Positions 47,728 to 57,360 of a DNA stretch of 64,000 nt are shown one piece after another. Within the stretch, counting starts at the first letter, position 1, and each line of letters opens with the position of its first letter. Both the position numbers and the translations under genes were made by a program. The notes beneath the pieces are model-generated. The model did no database searches. It had not been told where the DNA came from and worked only from the letters and a program-made list of their open reading frames with translations. Source of the stretch: a virus; the IMG/VR virus record IMGVR_UViG_3300032782_000001, positions 244,404-308,403 of that record; one strand, written 5' to 3'.

Positions 47728-48641
47728 GCAACAGTATGAACAATCCCATCTACATAATCAATCTTCGGCTCCCATCCAAGGATGGTCTTAGCAAGTGTGA
47801 TGTCGGGGCATCGCTGCCTAGGATCGTCTTCCGGGAGCGGCAGGCTGATAAGATCGGGAGCATAATCGAAAGCCGATTGGACATCTTTAGCTACAGACAG
47901 AATTGATCTTTCGTCCGGGTTTCCTATATTGACGACCGGGACTTTCATTCTGTCCCTTTCCATTTCCGACAGCAAAATGAGACCTCGGACAGTATCAGTC
48001 ACATAACAGAAACTGCGGGTCTGCCGACCATCTCCATAAACAGTCAGAGGTTCTTTACGCATGGCTTGCATGATAAAATTCGGGATGAGTCTCCCGTCGT
48101 CATGAGCCATTCGGGGACCGTATGTGTTAAAAATGCGTGCAATTCGAATGTCGGTCTTATACTGTTGGGCCCAAGAAACTGCCAAAGCTTCTCCGGCCCT
48201 CTTACCTTCATCATAGCAGGCACGTTTCCCGATAGGATTAACGTGACCAACGTATGATTCGACTTGCGGATGAACTTGAGGATCACCGTAAACTTCGGAA
48301 GTGGAAGCAATTACAATTTTGGAATTTGCATTGCGAGCGCATTCCAATGCATTCAACGTCCCAATGACAGCAGTTTTGATTGTGTTGACGGGATTACGTT
48401 GATACTGAACGGGGCTTGCAGGACAGGCAAGATGAAAAACCACATCACATTCAATATTCCAAGGTTCACAGACATCGTGACGATGAAATTCGAAATTGGA
48501 TCTCTTCAATAAATGCGAAATATTCTCGCGCCTAGATGTGAAGAGGTTATCTATGCAGACAACATCATGCTTTTGTTCGCATAATTGTTCACATAAATGT
48601 GAACCAATGAACCCTGCACCACCAGTTACGAGAATTTTCAC
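47691..48641 (-). CDS. uxs: UDP-glucuronate decarboxylase (UDP-xylose synthase)
   Basis: N-terminal KILVTGGAGFIGSHL. The signature NPIGKRACYDEGKRAGEAL is nearly identical to the UXS1 block RACYDEGKRVAE. Extended SDR fold, 316 aa. Confidence 0.7.
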   Translation of the reverse strand: MKILVTGGAGFIGSHLCEQLCEQKHDVVCIDNLFTSRRENISHLLKRSNFEFHRHDVCEPWNIECDVVFHLACPASPVQYQRNPVNTIKTAVIGTLNALECARNANSKIVIASTSEVYGDPQVHPQVESYVGHVNPIGKRACYDEGKRAGEALAVSWAQQYKTDIRIARIFNTYGPRMAHDDGRLIPNFIMQAMRKEPLTVYGDGRQTRSFCYVTDTVRGLILLSEMERDRMKVPVVNIGNPDERSILSVAKDVQSAFDYAPDLISLPLPEDDPRQRCPDITLAKTILGWEPKIDYVDGIVHTVAWFREFVDPKLT

Positions 48642-48649
48642 GCCTAACG

Positions 48650-49654
48650 CTACCGAGCAGAAATAGTTTGAAGCCTCATACCTCTAATATCCAATTCAGG
48701 ATTAACAGGATCTGCATATCCAGTGGCATGACCGGTTAGGTATAACTGCTCATTTGCACGCTCTGAACGCAACATCTTCCGAATGATCATCAAATCATGA
48801 ACATCGGTGATGTGAACGATATTGGTAGGCTTGAGATACCATTGAGTTCCGAGTCTCATAAATAGGCGATCAGAAACTTCAGAATCCTGCCATCCATGGC
48901 TTCCGTCGTATCTTTCATCAAAGCCATTGACCAACAGAAGTAACTCCGTAGGGATGCTATCATTCTTAAGATGACAAAATTGAGGTTCAATAAATCCTTC
49001 GGGTTTGGATTTTTTCATCTCCTCGTGAATGATTGGGAGATGAAGTGGATTATCGTTGGATTGGAAAGGTTTTTCAAAAATACTCCACATATAACGATCA
49101 AGAAGCCCAGAACTCAAATCCTGGCAGTATGAATCACACCATTCACGAGTAGCAGAATGACGAATAGTGTCATCATCCCATTTAGCGAGTACGTCAGGTT
49201 TCGGGACTCCACGTCCCATCCCGAGCTCACAAAGTCCATATCGGGCGGGGAATCCTGGAGAAACGAGCGGAAGGCCGAGCAAATGGCAAACACCAAGCAT
49301 TGCGTGGTTGGGACCGCGAGCTTGATGGAAATCGGCATGTTCTTGTAAACAACCAGGAGGCAGCCACGAGTAATCGCAAGTGAAATACGAAATGGGACCA
49401 GAAGCGTTCACCAAACCCGTGTTCACACACCGCTGATAACTATTTAGCGGGAACGGGTTATCTCGTGGCTCCACATGACGAATTGGAAAATGATACTGAG
49501 AAGCTTTCTCCGCGACGATAGACTGGCGTTTGTTCCAAAGACAGTCCACAAGGACAAGTTCAAAATCTTTGAAAGTCTGTTGTTCCAGACCTGCAAAGAG
49601 AATATCCAGTCCTCCGACTCGAAGAGTCGGAACAATAACAGAGATCAGGGGCAT
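48650..49654 (-). CDS. Family-2 glycosyltransferase
   Basis: MPLISVIVPTLRVGG...FELVLVD, a GT2 N-terminal DXD-type fold. Start set at ATG 49652-49654 so the gene abuts rather than overlaps the MTase gene. Confidence 0.5.
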   Translation of the reverse strand: MPLISVIVPTLRVGGLDILFAGLEQQTFKDFELVLVDCLWNKRQSIVAEKASQYHFPIRHVEPRDNPFPLNSYQRCVNTGLVNASGPISYFTCDYSWLPPGCLQEHADFHQARGPNHAMLGVCHLLGLPLVSPGFPARYGLCELGMGRGVPKPDVLAKWDDDTIRHSATREWCDSYCQDLSSGLLDRYMWSIFEKPFQSNDNPLHLPIIHEEMKKSKPEGFIEPQFCHLKNDSIPTELLLLVNGFDERYDGSHGWQDSEVSDRLFMRLGTQWYLKPTNIVHITDVHDLMIIRKMLRSERANEQLYLTGHATGYADPVNPELDIRGMRLQTISAR

Positions 49655-49655
49655 A

Positions 49656-50183
49656 CTACGCCTTGTAACAATCGACGTGGAACTCCCAGAAGACACCTGG
49701 GTTTGTGTTCCCTCTGAAGGAAAAATTAGTATAACCGTATTTCTCCAGAAGTTTTTGCATGGTTTCCCGGGTGAAACCCTGACAATGCTTATCAAATTGT
49801 TCAAATAAATCGCCGTGTAGGGATCCCTGTTCGCCCCAAATGAGTTCACTCAGCATGGGATTGCTGGGGTCTCGAATGAATCGTGACATGACTTCAGCCA
49901 TGTCAACCTCCACAATGTGAAGAAGACCACCAGGCGCCATAACACGATGAATGTCTGCCATGACGCGGTCGTGATATTTCGGCGGCAAATGAAGCATCAA
50001 GAACCCTGCATACACTTCTATAACAGAATAATCTGGATAAGGAATAGCATCCGTCCGAGCGTCCCAGAGAACATCGCACTCGCAATCGGAATTTGGCCAT
50101 TTCTTGACTACGTCAAGATTGACCCATCCACCACCAGTGAAATGAGTAGTACCACAAGCCAGATTGAGGCGGATGTCGGTCAC
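49656..50183 (-). CDS. Class I SAM-dependent methyltransferase (175 aa)
   Basis: LNLACGTTHF (motif I), IEVYAGFLMLHL...VMAPGGLLHI (Methyltransf_11-like). Confidence 0.5.
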   Translation of the reverse strand: MTDIRLNLACGTTHFTGGGWVNLDVVKKWPNSDCECDVLWDARTDAIPYPDYSVIEVYAGFLMLHLPPKYHDRVMADIHRVMAPGGLLHIVEVDMAEVMSRFIRDPSNPMLSELIWGEQGSLHGDLFEQFDKHCQGFTRETMQKLLEKYGYTNFSFRGNTNPGVFWEFHVDCYKA

Positions 50184-51220
50184 AAGAACTCCTCATAAAT
50201 AACTCTGAGTTCTTCCGCATGAGACTTGGCCCAAGATAAAACCCTGGACGTACCCATTTCCACGTTCACAACCGGAGCCCACTTTGTAATTGTAGAAAAT
50301 TTCTGATGATTCGTAATGAAGATACTGTCTTCATGTCGGCGACCGGGACCATAAGATGTAGATAAAGGCTTTCCATGAATCTTTTGGATTAAGTCCACAG
50401 CTTCGCAGACGCTCAATGAATTCTGGATACCTCCGCCGATATTGTAAACATTCCCTTGGAGTTCACGGATATTGGAAAATGAGGCCCACACCGCGGAAGC
50501 AACGTCATCAGAAAAGAGCATGTCTCTGGTTTGGAAACCGCTGCCTTGGATTTCCAAAGTCCGTCCTAAAGCAGCAGAAATACAGAACCAAGTTAGCCAA
50601 CCATGACGGGGTCCATGACAAGGTGCATCCCCATATAGATTGGAACACCGAAGAGTAGTCACAGGTAAATCATATGTGCGACCATAAGCCATAACCAAGG
50701 CAGTCTGAGCCATTTTGGAAGCCGCGTATGGCTCATCAGGCTCGAGAAGACATGTTTCATCGATCCCACCGGAAAAACGACCCTCCAAAACAAATCGCTT
50801 TCCATGGATGTGCGATGGTAGATCATGAACTCTATACGGCTTCACACTTGAAAGCATGACTGTAGGTGGAACCGAGGTTCTCATTTTTCTCATTGCCTCG
50901 AGGATATGTCTCGAGGCATTCACATTACTCATCCAATCATCGTGAGGATCTTCAGCACTATGAGGGATACCGGTATGAGCTGCTGCGTGGAGAACGAAAT
51001 CGTGACTTCGAAGTAAGGACTCAAAGTCAGAATTTTCGACACGCTGTTTAAGGATCGTTACAAGTTCTCCGTAGGATGAATACAAAACGTCAGACATCCA
51101 CAGATTCCGCGGTTCCTCAGCGTGATCTACTACAGTGACCATGTGACCGGATTGAGCAGCAAGTTCCACGAACCTACTACCTACAACCCCGAGGCCGCCA
51201 GTGACGAGATACCGCATCAA
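50180..51220 (-). CDS. NAD-dependent sugar epimerase/dehydratase (extended SDR, 346 aa)
   Basis: YLVTGGLGVVGSRFVELA Rossmann motif, catalytic YAASK (YxxxK). Confidence 0.6.
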   Translation of the reverse strand: MMRYLVTGGLGVVGSRFVELAAQSGHMVTVVDHAEEPRNLWMSDVLYSSYGELVTILKQRVENSDFESLLRSHDFVLHAAAHTGIPHSAEDPHDDWMSNVNASRHILEAMRKMRTSVPPTVMLSSVKPYRVHDLPSHIHGKRFVLEGRFSGGIDETCLLEPDEPYAASKMAQTALVMAYGRTYDLPVTTLRCSNLYGDAPCHGPRHGWLTWFCISAALGRTLEIQGSGFQTRDMLFSDDVASAVWASFSNIRELQGNVYNIGGGIQNSLSVCEAVDLIQKIHGKPLSTSYGPGRRHEDSIFITNHQKFSTITKWAPVVNVEMGTSRVLSWAKSHAEELRVIYEEFL

Positions 51221-54200
51221 GTAAGCCCCTTATATTTGGGGACGATATTGAGACGGACTTCATCCAATACGTCGAACAACATCTTTTCCCACTCTTGAGC
51301 CAGGGAATCCCAGCCAAAGTTATTTTGGGCATAGGAACGAAGAGATTCCCTGTCAGTGTTATCAGGGTTCATCATTGCTCGAACAACTTCGTCGATGAAT
51401 CGATTTTGATAGTCAAGGGAAAGCCAGTCGCCAGCTACCATTCGACCCCTAGGGCCAACAGTTTCGTTCAGAGCTGCAATAGGGGAAGTCACCATGCGGA
51501 GACCAGCGGCATGAGCTTCCATTGCAGAAATGCACGAGGTTTCTGAGAACCAAGTTGGGTATGCCCAAACCCCGCTCTTCAGATATTCTTCAGAGAGCCG
51601 AGATTGGCTTACACGACCATGGAAAAAAACTCCGCAGCTCGAATAGTCTTGAAGAAGCTTCTTCAGGCTATTGATGAGGATTTTCTGTCCCGCATCCGCA
51701 CAAGCTTCCCAGGTTTGGAATCCGTAGAAAATATGCAGTTCAGCATCCGGGATTCGTTCGCGGACGCGAGGCCAAATCCGGACAGCTACTTCCATTCCAC
51801 GATCTGGACTGGAACTATAGACGGCTCTGTGGGGATTACGAAGAATATCTTTATTGAATTTGACTAAATCAATCCCGTTTCTAGTCCGCAACACTTGTGA
51901 AGGATGTAAGTATTGATAAGTATTGAGAACATTTCCTTTATGCCAATCTGATAGGCACAGCATTTTATCGATCTTAAGAGCTCGTTCATGAGTCAAAGCG
52001 CCGCCACAATGAATGTCATGGACCCAGCATAGAGTAACACGGCGGCGGACGTTATGAGATGCATCCACAGCTTCGGGCTTACGTGACGTAATCAAAACAT
52101 CACAAGAAAGATCTTTGTATTTGGCAGCATCCAAATACTCCACGCCATCGAATTTTCCTTCCAAACCGTTCACGCAATCACCGAAAACTCTAATTCGATG
52201 ACCCATTCCTTGGAGCCTACGAGACATCTCAATCACTGCTGTTTCGGATCCTCCAATCCCGTTAATGGACGCAGTCAGAGGATTCCAGGGCTCCACTCCG
52301 CGACCGACGTAAAAAATAACGTCAAGCTTGGGCTGAGGGGACTCCAAAATAGATACAGATGTCGATTGAACTTCAGAAGCCGTATCAGGCCATCGACCAT
52401 GAGCACAAATAGATGCTTGTGAATGAATAGGAATGGGTTGTTCCGATTGATCGATAGGGATTACTGATCCCACAACGTGGGAAAGACCAACAGCCTGCAT
52501 GTCAGCAATCACTTCTGACATGATCGGTGCACGTACATGTTCACGGGGCTTCGGATCATTCCAGGATTCATGGAACGGGACACAAACTCCTTGACACCAC
52601 GAACCACGAGGAGTGCTAACGACTAAAAGACCTCCAGGATTCAATAAGGAGACAGCGGTTTTTAAAATCGTGGTAGGGACGGCTTCATGTTCGTAAACTT
52701 CGAACAAAATGACGATGTCATATTTATTAGGGAAGCCTTCCGGAAGAGGATCCCGGCCAAAAAGACAAACCCCATGACGAGCTCCAGTGTGGAATTCTGA
52801 AGCCTTGGCATTAGCAATATCGATGACATTTGGAGATGAATCAACACCCCATGTCTCATGACCCACGAGACCGATTCGATTTGTAACCCATCCATCCATG
52901 CATCCAATATCAAGAATACGAAGCAGTTGTTTCTTCTCTGATTTGATCAAATCGAGAAGATAGTTGTATCGAGCGAATTGTCCGTAAGCAGGACGAATTT
53001 CTTGGGGGAGAGGAACGGCTTCCTTCTCCAATTTATAGTTACTGTAAATCTTTCGGTATGCATCAGGATCGTCCATGTGAGCCAACATGGAGTCCACTCT
53101 AGATCGCATCGTGCGTACGTCTTCGTGATCCCTAATCTTCCAAGGAAGAGATTGAACAAGAGCACGCGCCGCCAACACTTCATCATGAAGGAGAAGTTGC
53201 TTGTAAAGCAACTTCGTCATATTCAGAATTACTTCTGATGAAAGTTCGTCAGGTGCTGTATCAATAGAAATGTCATTGGGAATAATGTGACCAGACGACA
53301 TGGGAGAATGAGCAGAAGGAATATTGACAGGAGAAGGAACTGGAAGCTTTCCAGCTATAGCATCCAAGACCAATTTTTGGACCTCGGAATTTACCACTCC
53401 CATGTTGACTAATTCAGTGAATCCTAGCTCTACCTTCCGCTTGGCGAGATGTTCCTCATAAAGACGTTTGTTTTGAAGAAGCCCAGCGTCATTTGGCCGG
53501 ACGCTAAGAGCGTTATTTACACTCTTCAAGGCATTCTCAACATCCCCGATGCTATTCAAAGCAAGATTCATGAATTGATGAACTTCAAACTCCCGCTCGA
53601 GAGGATTAACGAAAAGAATAGTCTTGGTAGGAGGTAGAGATAATCCAATGCGGAAGAAGTGAATGGCCCTTTCCCAATTCCTGCGAGACCGAGCCCCGCC
53701 ACGTTGCGCAAGAAAGTAAAAACTTTTACCGAGAGAAAAATATGCTTCGGACCAACCTTCTCTGATCGTAAGTGCCTTAGTTGCCCATTCAATTGACGTT
53801 TCGTAATCACCAATCGACTGATAATGCTCTGCTACTTTCAGACAAGAAAGAAATCGTTCGTCGTCCCAGTCAGAAAGTTCAATATATCGCTTGTGGAAAT
53901 TAATGGCGTTACCGATATCGCCAACATTCCCATACTCCAATCCAAGATAATAAAGTTGACGAACGTCGCTTTCGCCGTGTTTCGCGTAGTGAGCCTTAAG
54001 AATACGAAGATTCCTTCCCGGCTCAGGAACTTTCTTGGAAAAAATCTTCTTATGGACCATTCGGACTTTATCCGAATGGTGTTTCAAGGTATCTTGACGT
54101 TGCGGATTCAGAATTTCATGAATCGGTCCGTACCATCGGAAAGCTTCTTTAGGAGAACAAAGTCGTTCTCGTTCTTGAATGCAAGTTACGTTTCCGAATT

Positions 54201-54585
54201 CATCGTGTGAATATTCGTATGGAAAAAAGATAAGCGTTGGAATAGAATGTCGAGATTTATCGAATTCCCCAACCAAATTTTCTAAATTTTCAGCACCAAC
54301 GACTACGTCGTCGCCGTCCACCCATAAAACCCATGGTTGGGTAGCTAAATCAAAGCTTCTTTGCCTCGCTGCTGAAAAGTCAGCTATGAGACCATCCGAA
54401 TCGTTGCAAGCTGAGAACGATTCGAATTTATCAGCGTATCGACGCGCGATTTCAGGTGTGTTATCAGTCGATCCAGTGTCGACAATAACAATTTCCGTCA
54501 CGAAAGGACGGATAGAACGAAGGCAAGCCTCAAGGTTTGCCTCCTCATTCTTGACAATAAGACACGCAGAGATAGGTGCCGTCAC
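51217..54585 (-). CDS. Multidomain glycosylation enzyme: GT2 - TPR-like - SAM MTase - GT-B glycosyltransferase (1122 aa)
   Basis: N-terminus ISACLIVKNEEANLEACLRSI...VDTGSTDNT (GT2). Central ILDIGCMDGWVTNRI (MTase motif I). C-terminus AVYSSSPDRGMEVAVRIWP...ELHIFYGF, the same module as the two stand-alone GT-B paralogs. Confidence 0.6.
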   Translation of the reverse strand: MTAPISACLIVKNEEANLEACLRSIRPFVTEIVIVDTGSTDNTPEIARRYADKFESFSACNDSDGLIADFSAARQRSFDLATQPWVLWVDGDDVVVGAENLENLVGEFDKSRHSIPTLIFFPYEYSHDEFGNVTCIQERERLCSPKEAFRWYGPIHEILNPQRQDTLKHHSDKVRMVHKKIFSKKVPEPGRNLRILKAHYAKHGESDVRQLYYLGLEYGNVGDIGNAINFHKRYIELSDWDDERFLSCLKVAEHYQSIGDYETSIEWATKALTIREGWSEAYFSLGKSFYFLAQRGGARSRRNWERAIHFFRIGLSLPPTKTILFVNPLEREFEVHQFMNLALNSIGDVENALKSVNNALSVRPNDAGLLQNKRLYEEHLAKRKVELGFTELVNMGVVNSEVQKLVLDAIAGKLPVPSPVNIPSAHSPMSSGHIIPNDISIDTAPDELSSEVILNMTKLLYKQLLLHDEVLAARALVQSLPWKIRDHEDVRTMRSRVDSMLAHMDDPDAYRKIYSNYKLEKEAVPLPQEIRPAYGQFARYNYLLDLIKSEKKQLLRILDIGCMDGWVTNRIGLVGHETWGVDSSPNVIDIANAKASEFHTGARHGVCLFGRDPLPEGFPNKYDIVILFEVYEHEAVPTTILKTAVSLLNPGGLLVVSTPRGSWCQGVCVPFHESWNDPKPREHVRAPIMSEVIADMQAVGLSHVVGSVIPIDQSEQPIPIHSQASICAHGRWPDTASEVQSTSVSILESPQPKLDVIFYVGRGVEPWNPLTASINGIGGSETAVIEMSRRLQGMGHRIRVFGDCVNGLEGKFDGVEYLDAAKYKDLSCDVLITSRKPEAVDASHNVRRRVTLCWVHDIHCGGALTHERALKIDKMLCLSDWHKGNVLNTYQYLHPSQVLRTRNGIDLVKFNKDILRNPHRAVYSSSPDRGMEVAVRIWPRVRERIPDAELHIFYGFQTWEACADAGQKILINSLKKLLQDYSSCGVFFHGRVSQSRLSEEYLKSGVWAYPTWFSETSCISAMEAHAAGLRMVTSPIAALNETVGPRGRMVAGDWLSLDYQNRFIDEVVRAMMNPDNTDRESLRSYAQNNFGWDSLAQEWEKMLFDVLDEVRLNIVPKYKGLT

Positions 54586-54602
54586 GCACCCACTCTACCG
54601 CA

Positions 54603-55541
54603 TCACGTCATTTGAGAGTATGAAGAATAAGGATCAATGCACTGCCCACGGAAACTTGCATTCGTATTGGGCGATGCAGTGAAGTTCCCAGAGATGGTCG
54701 TATGATTCGTTTCCATGGTCGCGAGGGCTCCCGAAGATCCAGTCCAGTAAGACTGATTCCCGAGGCCTGAAGCAGTCTCGGATCCACAGAAAAGACCAAA
54801 GTTCTCCGCTTCCCCTGTCGTGGAAGCATAATTGAACCAGTTCTGGAACATACTGGTTTGCGTAGTTGCATTATTGGAATAACAAGCAACAGCTACGAAA
54901 TCAGCGCAGTCCATTAGATTCAACCCTTCAAGTTGATTCGGGCCGCTATTGTATGAGAACGAAAGTGCCGCCGAATTCCCGTCTGCAAGCCACTGCGTTG
55001 CGAAACAGCCGACAGGCATGCTAAGGACGCGTTTCGCGGCCAACATCAAATCACAAAGCCCAATGGGCTCAGTAGTCGTGTAACCCGACATCGTCCAGTA
55101 TTCCACATCGAAAATGAGGCCGTCGAAAGCGCTACCGCCATTGGTGGTCTGCGCCGTGGATAGCATGTTATACGAGGCAATGTGACGAATGATGTTATTC
55201 ATCACCCATTGCTGATTATGTCCCCAGTCAGTGTTCCCAGCGAGAGCATAGACCCGAATGCCAGAAAGATGAGCGAAATGAATGAATTTCTGGACAGTTG
55301 AAACGTGGCCAGTCGACCAGTTACCACCGCCTAGATATCCCCACATATCAAGAAACAACAGGTTTACACCTTGCGATGCGCACCAGTTGAGAAGATTCTG
55401 CATCTTGGTATCCGTCGAGAGCGGATCTCCCGAGGAACCGGCCGTCCCACACCACACAAACATGGCGCGGTCAAGATTAGAATTGGGCGGAACGGGAACC
55501 GCAACAGATGAGACAGTCATGGCAAACTCCTTCGATTTCAA
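54603..55541 (-). CDS. Putative TIM-barrel glycoside-hydrolase-like protein (312 aa)
   Basis: LNLLFLDMWGY...DGLIFDVEYW resemble GH114/GH-like polysaccharide hydrolases. Weak. Confidence 0.35.
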   Translation of the reverse strand: MKSKEFAMTVSSVAVPVPPNSNLDRAMFVWCGTAGSSGDPLSTDTKMQNLLNWCASQGVNLLFLDMWGYLGGGNWSTGHVSTVQKFIHFAHLSGIRVYALAGNTDWGHNQQWVMNNIIRHIASYNMLSTAQTTNGGSAFDGLIFDVEYWTMSGYTTTEPIGLCDLMLAAKRVLSMPVGCFATQWLADGNSAALSFSYNSGPNQLEGLNLMDCADFVAVACYSNNATTQTSMFQNWFNYASTTGEAENFGLFCGSETASGLGNQSYWTGSSGALATMETNHTTISGNFTASPNTNASFRGQCIDPYSSYSQMT

Positions 55542-55582
55542 CCGCTTGAATTATAAAGATTGTAGTGAGTACATTTTTAGAC

Positions 55583-56386
55583 TCACAATTCGTAAAAAAT
55601 CAAACTGACCTGAACAGTATTGGCAGTAGTAGCATCGGGCTTCACATACATAGTAATGCGAGCCGGGCCAGCTATGGGTAAATCTTCAAGATCGTATACT
55701 TGCTGCGGTTGAGCAGTAATGATGCGAAATTGACCCCCGAATTGACGCTCCAATGCGTTGGCTGTAAGAGGTAAAGCAACGCGAAGAATTCCACCACAAC
55801 TAGCACCCTGAGTGCCAAGCAAAAGTCGCTTAATAAAACATGTTTTACCAGCTTGTACGTAATGATGTGCCCAGAAAGTTTGGCCATCACTTGCTGCAAT
55901 AGTACCTACTGTGGTCGCACCATTTTTAATTGAAATGGTTCCAACATTAGTACCATTGGATCCCACAGTGATACTGTCAATTCGTTCAATAAAACAATAA
56001 TTGGAATGGGTTGCAGTAACATTGCTAGTTCCGTTCATCGTAAGAGTTTCAGTAAATGGACCAGACATGGTTTGATCATAATAAGTAATCTTAACAGTCC
56101 TGGTCCCCGTACCAGCTGCAGCATCATTTGCAGAAGACGAAGAAACCGTAGCAGTAAAATTAGCACTTTGCTCTGTGTATGTCGTCGCACGTACAGCAAC
56201 AATGCTAGTTGCAGAAGTAGATACATATCCACCTTGCATGGAAATTACGCCGCCAGAAATGAGACCCCTAGCAATAGCTACTCCAGGCGATGCAGAATAT
56301 TGGAATCCATTCGGGTCAACAATGGCAGCATTGCCATTCTCATCGTAGAATGTGGAATTGACTACAGGGCGGTCATTGATTGCCAT
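55583..56386 (-). CDS. Fiber-like protein, paralog 1 (267 aa)
   Basis: Shares ...SSSANDAAAGTGTRTVKITYYD...C(F/Y)IE(R/K)I...VG(S/T)xGxNVG(T/S)I... with the next two genes. Confidence 0.5.
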   Translation of the reverse strand: MAINDRPVVNSTFYDENGNAAIVDPNGFQYSASPGVAIARGLISGGVISMQGGYVSTSATSIVAVRATTYTEQSANFTATVSSSSANDAAAGTGTRTVKITYYDQTMSGPFTETLTMNGTSNVTATHSNYCFIERIDSITVGSNGTNVGTISIKNGATTVGTIAASDGQTFWAHHYVQAGKTCFIKRLLLGTQGASCGGILRVALPLTANALERQFGGQFRIITAQPQQVYDLEDLPIAGPARITMYVKPDATTANTVQVSLIFYEL

Positions 56387-56388
56387 GA

Positions 56389-57357
56389 TTAATACTCGTA
56401 GTACCCAAATCCACCAAAAAATGAATTAGAACTAGAAGCAGCATCTTGTTGGACGTAAAGAGTAATCCTAGCTGGACCAGAAACTGCAGCAGGAGTGGAA
56501 TCGAACGTGAAATCTTGATTTCCCCCAGCGTTCACTCGCAACTGTGGGGCAAACGTGATTTCCGCTTGAGAAGGGGAAGAAGTTGGGAACGCCTTTCGAA
56601 TAGTGACGGAGCCGTTACTGCTGCCTTTGCTGCCTCCGTGGATCGTCACTACATAAGCTGTGTGATTTGCACGAACATAATGATGACACCAATTCGTTTG
56701 GTTGTCGCCCGGAGCAATAGTGCCAATAGTGCCACCGCTGCCAGCGGTGCCAACAAAAAGATTGATAGTACCGACGTTCCCTCCGGCAGATCCGACTTGA
56801 ACGACGGTCATCTTTTCAATGAAACAAATATCTGTAGCGATGGTGTCTACGGGCGTTGTCCCGTTGAGCGTGACAGTCTCCGTTTCCAGATTCGTGAGAG
56901 TGGAATCGTAGTAAGTAATGAGAACTGTGCGAGCACCAGTCCCAGCTGAAGCATCATTCGCGCTAGAAGACGAGATAGAACGCTGGGCTCCAGTAGACTG
57001 CTCGTTATAAAGAGTAGCACGACATGCAACAATTGAAGGATCGGAAGTGCTTACATAGCCGGGAATGTAGACTGCTTGAGGAGAAAGAGAACCATTGGCA
57101 GTAGATTGGTAGTTATTTTCAAAATCAGACTTATCGGAATCGTTTTGAGCTTGAGAATATCCGCCAGAAATGATGCCATCTGGAACCGTTCCTTTCCAGA
57201 TCGTGCAGATATTCGCTTCAGGTCCATTGTAAAAATAAATCGTATATTTTAATCCATCATCGTCGTATTGGACGATTCCGCCCTTGGATATGTTAACATT
57301 CTTCCAAGCAGTCCATGCGTAGAACCTCTGTGTAAACTGGGGAGCGATGGAAATCAT
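56389..57357 (-). CDS. Fiber-like protein, paralog 2 (322 aa)
   Basis: Same C-terminal module, longer N-terminus. Confidence 0.5.
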   Translation of the reverse strand: MISIAPQFTQRFYAWTAWKNVNISKGGIVQYDDDGLKYTIYFYNGPEANICTIWKGTVPDGIISGGYSQAQNDSDKSDFENNYQSTANGSLSPQAVYIPGYVSTSDPSIVACRATLYNEQSTGAQRSISSSSANDASAGTGARTVLITYYDSTLTNLETETVTLNGTTPVDTIATDICFIEKMTVVQVGSAGGNVGTINLFVGTAGSGGTIGTIAPGDNQTNWCHHYVRANHTAYVVTIHGGSKGSSNGSVTIRKAFPTSSPSQAEITFAPQLRVNAGGNQDFTFDSTPAAVSGPARITLYVQQDAASSSNSFFGGFGYYEY

Positions 57358-57360
57358 AGA

